Shown: positions 12,079 through 25,537 of the stretch, piece by piece
Numbering within the stretch: the stretch's first letter is position 1
Layout: each line of letters starts with the position of its first letter
Origin: Eledone cirrhosa
Lineage: Eukaryota
Direction of reading: 5' to 3'
Assembly (NCBI GenBank): GCA_964016885.1
Contig: OZ024742.1
Location: forward strand, 44,640,001 to 44,704,000
Length of the DNA stretch: 64,000 nt
The notes under the pieces: generated by a model
Told to the model about the DNA's origin: nothing
The model's database searches: none
What the model saw: only the letters and a program-made list of their open reading frames with translations
Translations under genes and position numbers: made by a program

Positions 12079-13046
12079 CAGTGGTCGCCAACATGGGTTC
12101 CGCGGAACCTTGGGGTTCCGTAAAACAAACTCCGGGTTCTTTAAAAAAATAAATATTTACATTACCATTAATATTTTGGGTTTTCTGAAAAAGGTGCAAA
12201 GAAAATGCCAAAGGTGCAATGTATAAATGAATGAGTACTATTGTAGTGTACACAGGTTCTCCACTCCAATTCGTGGAAAACACTAATTTCAGTTTCTCAC
12301 TTGAATTAGCAGAAAAACACTGTTCTGAGATTCGTGGAAATTGAATACTTTCAATTTCACATCAATTCACATCAATTTTTTTATTTCCATGTGTCTAACA
12401 CACGTGGGCATGCCCACAAAGTCAGAAAACAGCACAGTTCCCATGCTTTTGGAAACATTTTTTCACGCTCAGAGTTGCTGAAGCATGGAACAAACTGCCT
12501 GCATCGGTTGTTAGCTGTCGAGACACTGCATCCTTTAAGGCCTCCATGCTTCCCGAGATCCTCCAACACTACACCTAATGTTCCCCCTCCATACACATAC
12601 ACACATGTATACCATGACTCATACACTATTCACTTCCCTGACATTTGTGTATTATTTTATGTACTATACATACACCTTTGACGAGTTGTAGTGCACCTGA
12701 GCACTTTACACAATAATTTCATTATTCTTATTCTTGGAAAGACATAGTTTTCTGAATTCCAAGAATTTGACTACTACTGATAATACACTAATTGAACTTA
12801 GAAATTGACCAATCACAAACAAGTAAATGTTGGTCGGTGACAGCATAACTTTAAACTGAAAACTTCAGTTCAGCGAGGTCTCTCAGCCGAGAGACTGGGT
12901 CAGTTCGCTGTTCTCACAACGTAAGTTCACTAAAATAAATAAATACTTTATTATTTTTTTTTGAAAAGTTTTGTATTGTATAGGTTCCGTGAAGAATTCA
13001 AAATATTTAGAGGGTTCCTCGGTTTTAGAAAGGTTGGCGACCACTG
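12079..13046. mobile_element. Non-autonomous hAT-type DNA transposon
   Basis: Perfect 14-bp TIRs CAGTGGTCGCCAAC / GTTGGCGACCACTG flanked by an 8-bp target-site duplication CCTTACAT (12071-12078, 13047-13054). Confidence 0.92.
12385..12732 (+). mobile_element. CR1-type LINE 3' fragment nested in the hAT MITE
   Basis: Aligns by eye with 56777-57130 (end of RT ORF, 3' UTR hairpin GTTGTAGTGCACCTGAGCACT, (ATT)n-like tail). Confidence 0.88.
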
Positions 13047-13360
13047 CCTTACATGACAAGAAGAGCAACACCTGGATTTAACAGCAGACTGGCATGAAGG
13101 ACAAAATCAAGACTACCAAAAAGGGCAAATATAGATGGGCTGGCCACGTCTCTCATCTCAGAGACGACAGGTGGACTATTAGAGTGACAGAGTGGACACC
13201 AAAGCAGTAGAGAAGAACCAGATGGTGACCAAAGGCCAGATGGCATGATGATCTGACCCGATACTTCACCCACACATGGTCCAATAGGACCAGAGATAGG
13301 AAGTGGTGGAAGTCAACCAGGGAGAGGTTCCTCCAACAGGAGCGAAAGGGTCATGGATTT

Positions 13361-13407
<47 letters not shown>

Positions 13408-13720
13408 CAGAGCTTGCTTGAAGCATTGTTTAATAGGAAACACAAATTTAAATTTTGTAGACCAACACAATGCGTTATGAAGATTGTTAAAATTGCCAAG
13501 GTAACAAAAGAATCTTACCTTAGCAAATTTAACGATCCCAAATATTTTCAGGTTAAAAAACCCGTTATCAATTCCCACTCTTCCACATCCTCCCTACAGC
13601 CCAGATCTATCTCTTTCCTAAGTTGAAATCGAAGTTGAAGTGTCATCATTTTGGGACTGTGGAAAACATACAAAAAAATTGTATCCGATGAGCTAAGGAC
13701 ACTAAAAAAAAATGTCTTCT
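13408..13720 (+). mobile_element. Possible degenerate PLE 3' end
   Basis: LLEALFNRKHKFKFCRPTQCV resembles the GIY-YIG C-terminus of Penelope/Poseidon elements; a CCGATGAG half-hammerhead-like motif lies near 13685; starts at (TA)n. Confidence 0.4.
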
Positions 13721-13870
13721 CGTACTGCTACAATTAATGAGAAAAACATTGGAACTACTGTGTGACTGCCCAAGAATCGTATTTTGAAGGAGATAACTTG
13801 TAATTTCATGTACATCTTATAATCATTTAAATAAAACACCACGTCTCTTACTTTTGGGACAAACCTCATA
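13721..13870 (+). mobile_element. mariner 3' end with right TIR
   Basis: KHWNYCVTAQESYFEGDNL* (mariner C-terminus), AATAAA, then TCTCTTACTTTTGGGACAAACCTCATA TIR-like end at TA. Confidence 0.7.
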
Positions 13871-14691
13871 TATATATATATATACAATCGTGGAATATGG
13901 ACGTTAAACGATGATGATGATGATGATGATGATGATATATTTGGTATTAAATTAACAATGAAAATAAAAACAACAAAGTCAAGTTATTTTACCTATTCAT
14001 GTCATTGTTTTATGATCGTTTCAGAGGGTTGATCATATTGACATATTGTCTGATCTATAGCAGTTATATAACTGTTTACTATCAGACCTCATATATAGGT
14101 TCGATCAGACTATTTATGAATATCACTGGATTACTCATCATTGGATTACATTGAGTTCTATTTACGGTACTGACCCTAACACCACACTAAAAAAAATATA
14201 TATATATATATATGAACACTCCCCTGACCATGAAAATGTCGAAGTACATGAAATACTTGACATCCCTTTGCTGTGCATCTCCAATACTTTTAACACTTTT
14301 AATGCTTGCACTATTTTTAATGCTTATAACATTTCTCCACACACAGACTATATCAATCATATAAAGAATTTGCCACCAGATCTACCAACCTAACACTCTT
14401 GTTTACCTACCTAAGTGCCTCTACCACACATATCTCTCTGCCACACTATATAAACAAGACGCACATGCGTGCCACACATATAACATTTGCACTATATAAC
14501 CACTTATCTTCATGTTGTATTTTAACCTGTATTTTTGATTTTTGATTGTACCTCTTAATATGAATGTAATCTCGAAGTGTGTACTGCCACTCTAAATTCT
14601 GTAATGAATGTTGACCCACAATATTTGCATATGTATCGGTATGTCTCTTGGCTGAAAAGGAGGTCATATAACTGTCCATGCATTAATAAAT

Positions 14692-14738
14692 TGCTCCGAA
14701 GAATCCAAACCTCGGTTTGGAGGAAACAGCTGTAAGCA
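14692..14738 (+). ncRNA. Type I hammerhead ribozyme (PLE-A 5' pLTR), CCGAAGA core variant
   Basis: TGCT-CCGAAGA-a TCCAAACC tc GGTTTGGA g-GAAAC-AGCT-GTA-AGCA; stem III region ACAGCTGT is palindromic. Confidence 0.85.
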
Positions 14739-14989
14739 CAATAATGTTTTGAACAGTTCTTTGATTCTTATATTTCATATAACTGCTCTGTAAACCATCT
14801 GATGTTTTTACATTGAGCTACTTAACTTACTGGTAATAAGGTAGTAATACTTTACTGCCTACCACTATTTAGGGTGTATATAAAAAATACTTATAACTGC
14901 ATAAGGTTTTGTATTTACATAACCATAAATAGTATAACTAATACTATTAACTGCTTCATTACGTTGAGCTGACATATAATATTGCCAAT

Positions 14990-17449
14990 ATGCTAATCAA
15001 AGACCAACTCCCCATGTCAACCAAGAACATACCAATACCATCCAGGAATACATATGAGAAATTGCTGATCAACAGTGTAAATTCATTTATCAATAGAGTG
15101 AGATGGAGGACATTCCATTATGATAGAAACAGATCTAACAACTTGAATAATACTAACAATTTTGACTCCTTCGGCTTTAAAACCTTTAAAAGCCCCCTCA
15201 TAACACACTACTTAACTCCTTTGAAAATGACCTAGTTAAACTAGTTAAGAACATTAAATACAATAAGCACCATATTAGAAGCAACACCTTCTTAAACAAA
15301 CTTAACACCTCTATTAATGGATTCAAAACTAGTAATAAAATTATTGTACACGCAGATAAAACTAATAACATATACAGCCTAGATTATAATACTTATAGAA
15401 AGTTTATATATAATGAACTACATAAAAGCTACAATAAAACCACCTTGAAAAACTTAGAAGATATTAATGTAGAGGGTTATAATATAGTGTCTAAACTAGG
15501 ACTGCAGAGGCATACACAACCATTCACCCCAAATCCCCCCTAGATTCTCTCTGAAGGACCATAAGGAGAACTTCATCAGCAACCCCACGATAAGACTTAT
15601 CTGCCCTTCCAAGTCCGACATTGGTATTATCAGCAAGAAGATTTTGGATAAAATCATCCCACAAATTAAACACAAGATACACCTTAAACAATGGGGAAAT
15701 ACGGGTGAAGTGATTGAATGGTTCAAGGATATCAAGAATAATAAGGACAAAAAATTTATTCAATTTGATATCAATTCATACTACACCTCTATTTCCCCTA
15801 TCCTATTAAATAAGGCACTTATCATGGCCATGAGCAATAGCGACCTGACTAGAGCCCAGGTTGATGTCATCCTTGCGGCCCGTAAAACCATAATCACCTT
15901 CGAGGACCAACTATGGACACGCAAGGATACGCACAACAACTTCGACATAACCATGGGATCTAGTGACTCGGCGCAGGTCACTGATTTGGTCGGCCTATAC
16001 CTTCTCAATGAAATCCATAAGGACCTCCCTTACCTCAACGGTGGTTTGTACCGCGATGATGCACTTCTACTTATAGAATATAAAAAATTTAATATAGAAA
16101 GAACTAGAAAACAATTGCATAAGACATTCAAAAACTTTAACCTTAGTATCACCATGGACAAAAACACTAAAAATGTTAACTTCCTAGACGCCACACTATA
16201 CCTAGACTCAAAAATATATACACCTTTCCATAAGCCTAACGAGAAACTCATTTATGTAGATACCAAGTCTAATCACCCTAGATCAATATTAAACTCTATC
16301 TCTAAGGGGGTGTCCAATAGAATCTCTAGTCTGTCCTATGACGCAAACATATTTAGCAAAAACTCACAATATTACAATCAAGCATTAGCTAGCTCCAGCC
16401 ATAATATAGAAATTGAGTTCCTACCTAAGAAAACACATAGCTACAACATCATCTCGCACAACATGTCCATGAGGAAACCTAATAATAGGAATAGCAACCA
16501 CAAGTACACCAAAGCGGAGGGTGCCACCGGAAGTAACCATTACCATGGAAACTACTGTGGGGCCTTAGGAAGAAGCAACACACCAAACACTAAAAGCAAA
16601 AATAGAAGAAGAAATAATACATTTTTCAACCCTCCTTTCAACCTAAATGTCTCCACCAACATACCTAGGGTTTTCTTCTCACTACTAGATAAAAACTTCC
16701 CTCTAGGACACAAGTACCACAACCTCTTAAACAAAAACACCATTAAAATCTCATACTCTACGACGCCTAACTTAGCATACCACATAGCTAGCAGCAATAA
16801 TAGTAAAATTAATTCTTACTTCCAACAAACAAAATCACAACAGGATGCAAACCCTCTAAATACCTCTGTAGCAAGCAACCATAGCAACGGCAGTAACAAT
16901 AGAAATAACACTAGTATAAGTAATAACACCAGGGTTGACAACCCGAACGCCCAAAATCCTATAGCTACCACACAGACTTCCGCACTGCATTATAACCAGC
17001 GGACTAACGCACAGGATAATTGTAACTCTAGAGCTAATAGAACCTGCCCTTTAGACAAAAAATGTCTAACCAAGGATATCATATACTCATGCACCGTCAC
17101 GACTAGCAACTCTTCAGAAACCTATGTAGGCTCCACTTCTAACTGCTTCAAAATCAGATATAATTCGCACATCCACTCGTTCAAAAAGCACAGCCTAGCA
17201 AACTCCACCTCACTTTCTAGCTACATACACTATCTAAAAACTAAAAATAAACCATACACACTCAAATGGGAAGTGATAGGCAGCGCGACCTCGTACAAAC
17301 CACCTAATAAATTTTGTAACCTCTGTATACTAGAGACACACAATATTATCTTCTCCAACCGTAACCTACTTAACAAAAAATCTGAGGTGTTTGCAACTTG
17401 CCAGCACCGCTTCAGACATTCCTTCCAAAACTTTAAGCCCAATATATAG
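14990..17449 (+). CDS. PLE-A RT/GIY-YIG polyprotein (~819 aa if two compensating frameshifts are corrected)
   Basis: N-terminal STKNIPIPS..FINRVRWR..FGFK, ADKT, LKDHKENF, FDINSYYTSI, TMGSSDSAQVTDLVG, GGLYRDD, FLD, NHP, then CxxR..CPL..C, IIY..YVGST..FKIRY..H..CNLC..E..LNKKSE. 1-bp loss near 15221 and 1-bp gain near 15540; ORFs 14990 and 15644 are in the same frame. Confidence 0.9.
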
Positions 17450-18898
17450 CAATGTCGGACTGGAACCTAACACCACATCTAGCATCAAACACCAGGGGCA
17501 CACCTTATACTACATACCCAACACTAACTGATCTAATATAACACAAACAACGACATCCCTCTGGAACCCTTCGCAGGGAGAATACCCATTTATACCTCTA
17601 CGTCAGGTGTGACAACATCCACCCACTTGAACTGCACTACACCGCTCTATAGGTAATTTAAGCATGAATTGATCGGTTTGATAGTGTTGTGAAGAGGAAG
17701 CACCTTCCTTAGACAGATGAAAAACGATTTAATCTAGTAACGCTGTTGAGCAGTAGGACCAGGATGCTGAGCGCAGTGAGTGAATGCATTGCAACTGGCG
17801 TGCGGGTTGTACATATATGGATCATCTGGCGGTCAGAGAGGGGTCGCGAGGACTGCGGATTGACCTCTGGCCGGCCTGGAGATGATTATCTTTCGACATC
17901 CAATGTAGCAAGCGATGACCCAGAACTTACCAGAGATCATTGGGTCCTGAAGCAATCCTGCAATCACCGCGCCTGGTCCTATGAGTAGACTACAACCACA
18001 GAGATCATTAATTTAGAATCCTCGCTCATCATCTATAATATCCATTTGTGGCACCTTACGATGGGGGTTAATCCACCATAATAATATGAACACCTTCAGC
18101 ATAACTTAATTAAACTACTCTATAGTTAATGCACTTTATGCTTTAAACATTTTTTGGAGGATGCGTATCACCATAGAAATTAGGGTCTACATTGTGACAC
18201 ATTTTAATAGCTAGGTATAGAAACCCCGGAGTTACCTCCCCGCATGCATTAACTCCCCTTAGCCACACACACACTTCCGGGCGGTATTCAATGGCGTTTC
18301 TCGAAACGTAACAGCCTCCTGTATTGAACTAATGAACACCAGACTACGATTCTCTAACTGGATTGTCAAACGCTCAATATCGAATTGTCGTGGATTATGT
18401 GAGGGGCATATAATCGAAAAATACACTCCCCTGACCATGAAAATGTCGAAGTACATGAAATACTTGACATCCCTTCGCTGTGCATCTCCAATACTTTTAA
18501 CACTTTTAATGCTTGCACTATTTTTAATGCTTATAACATTTCTCCACACACAGACTATATCAATCATATAAAGAATTTGCCACCAGATCTACCAACCTAA
18601 CACTCTTGTTTACCTACCTAAGTGCCTCTACCACACATATCTCTCTGCCACACTATATAAACAAGACGCACATGCGTGCCACACATATAACATTTGCACT
18701 ATATAACCGCTTATCTTCATGTTGTATTTTAACCTGTATTTTTGATTTTTGATTGTACCTCTTAATATGAATGTAATCTCGAAGTGTGTACTGCCACTCT
18801 AAATTCTGTAATGAATGTTGACCCACAATATTTGCATATGTATCGGTATGTCTCTTGGCTGAAAAGGAGGTCATATAACTGTCCATGCATTAATAAAT

Positions 18899-18945
18899 TG
18901 CTCCGAAGAATCCAAACCTCGGTTTGGAGGAAACAGCTGTAAGCA
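18899..18945 (+). ncRNA. Type I hammerhead ribozyme (PLE-A 3' pLTR)
   Basis: Identical to 14692-14738. Confidence 0.85.
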
Positions 18946-19195
18946 CAATAATGTTTTGAACAGTTCTTTGATTCTTATATTTCATATAACTGCTCTGTAA
19001 ATCATCTGATGTTTTTACATTGAGCTACTTAACTTACTGGTAATAAGGTAGTAATACTTTACTGCCTACCACTATTTAGGGTGTATATAAAAAATACTTA
19101 TAACTGCATAAGGTTTTGTATTTACATAACCATAAATAGTATAACTAATACTATATATATATATATGTATTTTTACTCTTTTAAATCTCTAATTT

Positions 19196-19346
19196 GTGGT
19201 GAATTGGCAGAATTATTAGAATGTTGGATAGATCACTTTGTGGTATTTGTTCTGGCTCTCAGCATCCAAATCTTGCTATGGTCAACTTTGCCGTTCGTCC
19301 TTTAGAGGTCAATAAAAACAAAATGTACCAGTATTGGCGTTGATTC
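19196..19346 (+). mobile_element. SINE family 1, degenerate
   Basis: GGTGAATTGGCAGAAT..GTCAACTTTGCCGTTCGTCCTTTAGAGGTCAATAAA..GTACCAGT. Confidence 0.65.
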
Positions 19347-19550
19347 TTCTATATCGCTTCCTCACTTTCTTTCCCTCACTCTTTCTATCCTCTGGACTAA
19401 ATTGGCACATTGTAATGTCATGAGGGCGTCCCGACGACACTAGTTTGAGAAACTTGAGAGAAATTGTGAGTACGCAATAATTTCAACTTGTAACTCTCTC
19501 TCTATGTATATAATACCCTACTATATTATAAACTGCTTTCAAGTTCTTTG

Positions 19551-19671
<121 letters not shown>

Positions 19672-19855
19672 ATAAAGTATGTTTCCCTACATATGCAAAA
19701 TGCATATAGGGACACATGTATTATCCAACCGTATGCCAATGTGGTTCTATGGCAGGTTAATAAATTAACGAGCCAGAACATATATAATCAAGGTTTAGCA
19801 AATAAGAAAAAGTTTTAAAATAAATTTTAAAAAGTTGACTGTACATGCTGTAATT

Positions 19856-19939
19856 ACCCTTACCGCGCGATTTCAAGTCTCAAAATAAATGGATAATCCA
19901 TGCGGAAATCCATTGAGAAAAGTACTTTCGTCAGAGGGT
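19856..19939 (-). ncRNA. Type I hammerhead ribozyme with long stem II
   Basis: Minus strand: ACCCT-CTGACGA-AAGT..(TCTCAA/TTGAGA, TGGAT/ATCCA)..ACTT-GAAAT-CGCGCG-GTA-AGGGT. Confidence 0.88.
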
Positions 19940-20082
19940 TTTTCTCACTCGGAGAATATAAAATTCCCGAGTTCAAATCACGAACTGGCGCCATACAGAA
20001 CTGTTCCCGAGATGAGAGTGTATGATGAAGAAACAATTTTGTCTAGTGCCGTGTGTAAAGATAGCAGGCAGGGGTGAGAAAA

Positions 20083-20166
20083 ATCCTGTGACGAAAGTCT
20101 TCTTCTCTATGGATTTCCGCATGGATTATCCATTTATTTTAAGACTTGAAACTGTACGGTAAGGGT
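20083..20166 (+). ncRNA. Hammerhead ribozyme, inverted copy with core mutation (GTGACGA)
   Basis: ATCCT-GTGACGA-AAGT..ACTT-GAAAC-TGTACG-GTA-AGGGT. Confidence 0.75.
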
Positions 20167-20296
20167 AATTACAGCAGGCACAGTGAACTTTTTAAAATTT
20201 ATTTTAAAACTTTTTCTTATTTGCTAAACCTTGATTATATATATATATATATATATATAGATGTGAGAAAAACCACAGACCCTCAATCTCAACTCA

Positions 20297-20334
20297 CCTT
20301 TTGAAAAGCAGAAGAACTGCGAAACCGGTAAAGG
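20297..20334 (+). ncRNA. Minimal hammerhead-like motif with degenerate core, in a solo pLTR (~20260-20475)
   Basis: CCTT-TTGAAAA-GCAG aagaa CTGC-GAAAC-CG-GTA-AAGG; palindrome ACCGGT; core deviates from CUGANGA at two positions. Confidence 0.6.
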
Positions 20335-20478
20335 AACCAAATAAATATATATATTTTTTAAAAAAATAAGACTTCAGTTGCATTTTCGATTTCATCTCTT
20401 TTTCTTTATACTTTCACTCGTGTAGGACATCTCGGTTATTTTTCATTTTGTAAAAAAAACCTCACTTTCTAATATAGA

Positions 20479-20578
<100 letters not shown>

Positions 20579-21961
20579 CATCATCATCATCATCATCAAC
20601 GTTTAACGTCCGTGTTCCACGCTTGCATGGGTTTGGACGGGGGTAGTCCCACTTGAGGCAAGAGTGATTGTCTTGCTCGCATAGGACTGTCTGGCAGGTT
20701 TTCTACAGTTGGATGCCCTTCCTAACACCAACCACATTTACAGTGTGGGTCTGGGAGGTTTTTCCGTGTTGCCTACATGGCCACATTACAGCGTGGACTG
20801 TGTGTTTTTTTGTCGTGACACCTACACGATCTCATTTGTTTCGGCCTGGATGGCGCGGCACCAACATAACTTTACATAGAACGGGGTGGTGTGGATGGGG
20901 TGGGGGTGGTGGGGGTGGGACGGGGTGTATTTTGTTAGAGATGCCTACTGGCAAGGCGGGTCTTCTCTGTTACTGAGTACCGCCAAAGGTCTCGGTCCAG
21001 TGACATTGTCTTGGAGAGGTGTAAGTGTGTGAGGTCGGAGTTTATCAGCTCGTCCCAGGTTTTTCTAGGTCTGCCTATTCCGTGGCTACCGTCTATCTTT
21101 ATTGCCCTGCACTTTGTTATACAGCTATCGACTTTCATGCGCATCACGTGTCCATACCAACGTAGCCTTCTCTCGGGTAAACAACATCTGATCCCTCTTA
21201 TTTCTAATTTTTTCCTTAGTTCATTTATGCTTTGCTGTTCACGTATATTACTATTACACATCAAGCGGAGCATGCATGCTTCATTTCTCTCCAGTCTGCG
21301 TATATCCTCTGCACACAATGCCCAGGTCTCACTGCCATGCAACATTGCTGTTCGTATGCAGGCATCGTACAACCTGCCTTTCATTTTTAGGGAGAACCCT
21401 TTAGCAGCTAATAGTGGTATAAGCTCTCTGAACTTTTTCCAACCAGTTCTGACTCTAGCTACTGTACTTTCAGAGCACCCTCCCCCACTGCTGATTTTAT
21501 CGCCCAGGTAACGGAAGCTGTCCACTATTTCTATAGAACCCTCTGCGCAATTGAAAGAGCTAGTATTTTGTAAGCACTTGCTGCTACTTATTGCACCAGA
21601 ACACCGGCCACATGTAAAATCTATGTTCTTAGTTAGCTTACCTGTGATCCCACTACATCTTTTATGCACCCATACTTTGCATTTAGGACATAAAATGGAG
21701 TTTCTACCTACGCCTTTCCTACACACCGAGCACGACCATTTCCCAGAAGGGACCGCCGCCTTGTTTTCTTTCCTACAAACTAGAACTTTAGTCTTAGCCA
21801 GGTTAATTTTAAGTCCTTTTGACTCTAGGCCGTGCTTCCATGTTTGGAATTTCTTCTCTAGCTCGGCCATTGATTCCGCTATGAGTGTCAGGTCGTCTGC
21901 GTATAGGAGTTCCCATGGGCAGCCGGTCTTGAACTCCTCTGTTATAGCCTGAAGGGCAATA

Positions 21962-21966
<5 letters not shown>
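20579..21966 (-). mobile_element. RTE LINE subfamily a, 5'-truncated
   Basis: [11 protein letters not shown]-like Cys/His cluster, [22 protein letters not shown]; 3' UTR and (GAT)n tail; both ends abut (TA)n. Confidence 0.95.
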
Positions 21967-22427
<461 letters not shown>

Positions 22428-22428
<1 letters not shown>

Positions 22429-22629
22429 CGTGTAGGCGCCACGAAAAAGCACCCAGCACTCACTGTAAATGAGGTTGGTGTTAGGAAGGGCATCCAGCTG
22501 TAGAAATCAAGCCAGATCAGTTCCTGTATGAGCAAGGCATGGTCAGCCGACCAGACACTGCCCACAACAGGACAACCCGTCTAACCCATGCTAGCGTGGA
22601 AGAACGGACGTAAAACGGTGATGATGATA
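22428..22629 (+). mobile_element. RTE subfamily b 3' UTR fragment
   Basis: Essentially identical to 44543-44743; (GAT)n tail. Confidence 0.92.
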
Positions 22630-22632
22630 TAC

Positions 22633-23739
<1,107 letters not shown>

Positions 23740-23742
<3 letters not shown>

Positions 23743-25433
23743 TAAAATAATTCTTGTGAAGAAGGAGACCAAAAGGAAAAGCACAGCTCTCTCCGACCTG
23801 ATCTGGAAGCTTAAGCTGGACAGGACCCCATACTCTCTGGCCTGGTACATAATCAGGAAAGTACCACCCGATAAAGGGGGATCTTGCATATGCAAACTAT
23901 GCCTGAACGAGACCCTCGAGATACTAAGAGGTGGAAGCGGCCTGATAAACCTCAGAACCGACTTCTTCGGGACATGCAGACACCTTAGAGCCGGGACCTT
24001 TCTCAAAATATATGGACAGTAGCAACACGAGAAGATGTGAACTCCCCTCAAGCTATAGGGACTTCTACAGAACATGAAAACACCTCTCGGCCAGACCTCC
24101 CTCAAGCTATATGGGCAGTAACAACACCCTAGGTTGTGAACTCCCCTCAAGCCATAGGGAACAACCCAGGCTGAGCAGACACCATGATAGCCTAGAGATA
24201 GAATCGGACACAGCCATTATAATTTGGCCAACATCTATATAACACAAACACTTTTTAATTTACTAGATTTCTGATTTTCAAGTTCCAATCTTAAATCTTG
24301 ATTTCTCTTTATTAATTTGTTATTTGTTTTCTGCCCTCTTCACTGTATCACCTTATATTTATTTTTAAGTTGAGATTGATTATAACACAAACACATTTAG
24401 TTTGATTATCTCATCTTAACATCTTGTCTCATACCAATCTATCCAACATATTCTGACCTTGAGATTGGTTATAGCACACACACACACTTTATCCTACATT
24501 ATTTCTCACTTCTCCATATTCATTTTCATTACTTTTTCACCAATTTTTCATTTATTCTTTATTCTTTATTCTCTATTTATTTATTTATTTTCAAATTATA
24601 CAAATTATATTAATTATTTTATTATATTATTTATTTATTTTCTGTTTTCTTCATTTATTGCCTTATATTTCTTCATATACATGGAAGAACCCCCCCCCCC
24701 CACCTCCACCACCACTATGATGGTGGCAGGAGGGATGAAGAAAAAACACACACTGGATACTTCTAAATTGTTAGCAGCAGCAAGATATAAGCTGACCACA
24801 ACACCAATAACACTACCAAAATAATGGTAGAGGTCAAATGTACTGAACAATAGCAAGCAAAAACACTACAGGGAGCCTCACCCCAGAAAGAATTCTATAG
24901 ACTTCTGACTGAGGAATGCTCTCAGAACTGATCAATGGGAAGTTTGACACTTTTTTTGTTATTTTGTTCCTTTAACACCTTGTCCCTTCTACCATTTTAT
25001 CAATTTTTTAAGCTAACTCCAACAATAACAACACTTAGAATGAGGAATGTTCTAATAACTGACCAATGAGAGGAGAAGAGGACCTTTGACACTGAAATTC
25101 GCTTGTTTGAATTCATATGACTCCAGTTCCTCAGTCAAATAACAACCCAACAAGGAACTGGGCATATCAGAGTATTGACAATATTATACACCTAAATAAC
25201 ATATGTACTTGTCTATACCATACTAATTCAAACTGCCTGAAGAGGTCACAGCCAAAGATGGCTGTCACTGAAATATATATAGCAGTAATAAACGAAGCTA
25301 AATTTTAATCATTTGACTTTTATTTAACTTTATTTTACACTACTCCGGAGTAACCAAACCAACCTGCGCACTTCGTCGAGTGCTCCAGCCTGCATACTGA
25401 GGTGTTGGTGTACAACCAACATAAACTCAAAAT
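23740..25433 (+). mobile_element. 5'-truncated Naiad-type PLE (PLE-E): GIY-YIG tail, 3' UTR and pLTR
   Basis: [53 protein letters not shown] (to 24022), hammerhead at 25232-25286, (TA)n on both sides. Confidence 0.88.
25232..25286 (+). ncRNA. Type I hammerhead ribozyme (canonical core)
   Basis: ACTGC-CTGAAGA-GGT c ACAGCCA aaga TGGCTGT c ACT-GAAAT-ATAT-ATA-GCAGT; palindromic stem III ATATATAT. Confidence 0.92.
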
Positions 25434-25445
25434 CTATATATATAC

Positions 25446-25508
<63 letters not shown>

Positions 25509-25537
25509 CATATATATATACATATATATATATATAT

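Larger units (their letters stand above)
11490..13350 (+). pseudogene. Old RTE-type LINE 3' part, interrupted by a hAT MITE
   Basis: LFTSCLQD..GINIDGKLLYHLDFTDDIIL (degenerate FADD)..IEEVDSYVYL; after the MITE it resumes with YRWAGHV..WT..VTEWTP; multiple stops and frameshifts. Confidence 0.8.
14216..19154 (+). mobile_element. Near full-length Naiad-type Penelope-like retroelement (PLE-A) with tandem pseudo-LTRs
   Basis: 732-bp direct repeats 14216-14947 and 18423-19154 (3 substitutions seen), each with a hammerhead; RT plus GIY-YIG ORF between them; flanked by (TA)n. Confidence 0.95.
19675..20241 (-). mobile_element. PLE pseudo-LTR remnant with ~170-bp inverted duplication
   Basis: Arms 19781-19950 and 20072-20241 are reverse complements and each holds a hammerhead; a related single-armed copy lies at 38290-38760. 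Confidence 0.82.

Noticed and set aside
14000-14150. Possible minus-strand hammerhead (GAAACGATCATA)
   Set aside because: No proper CUGANGA core with a matching stem I was found.
14990-18420. Selenocysteine recoding/SECIS, reported for some Naiad PLEs
   Set aside because: No in-frame TGA replaces Cys in the reconstructed PLE-A, B or C frames, and ATGA motifs near 17883, 17915 and 18332 do not form the GA quartet by eye. A SECISearch run would settle it.
19425-19480. CCGACGA..GAAAT..GTA hammerhead-like motif
   Set aside because: Stem I and stem III do not pair convincingly; at best a very decayed remnant.
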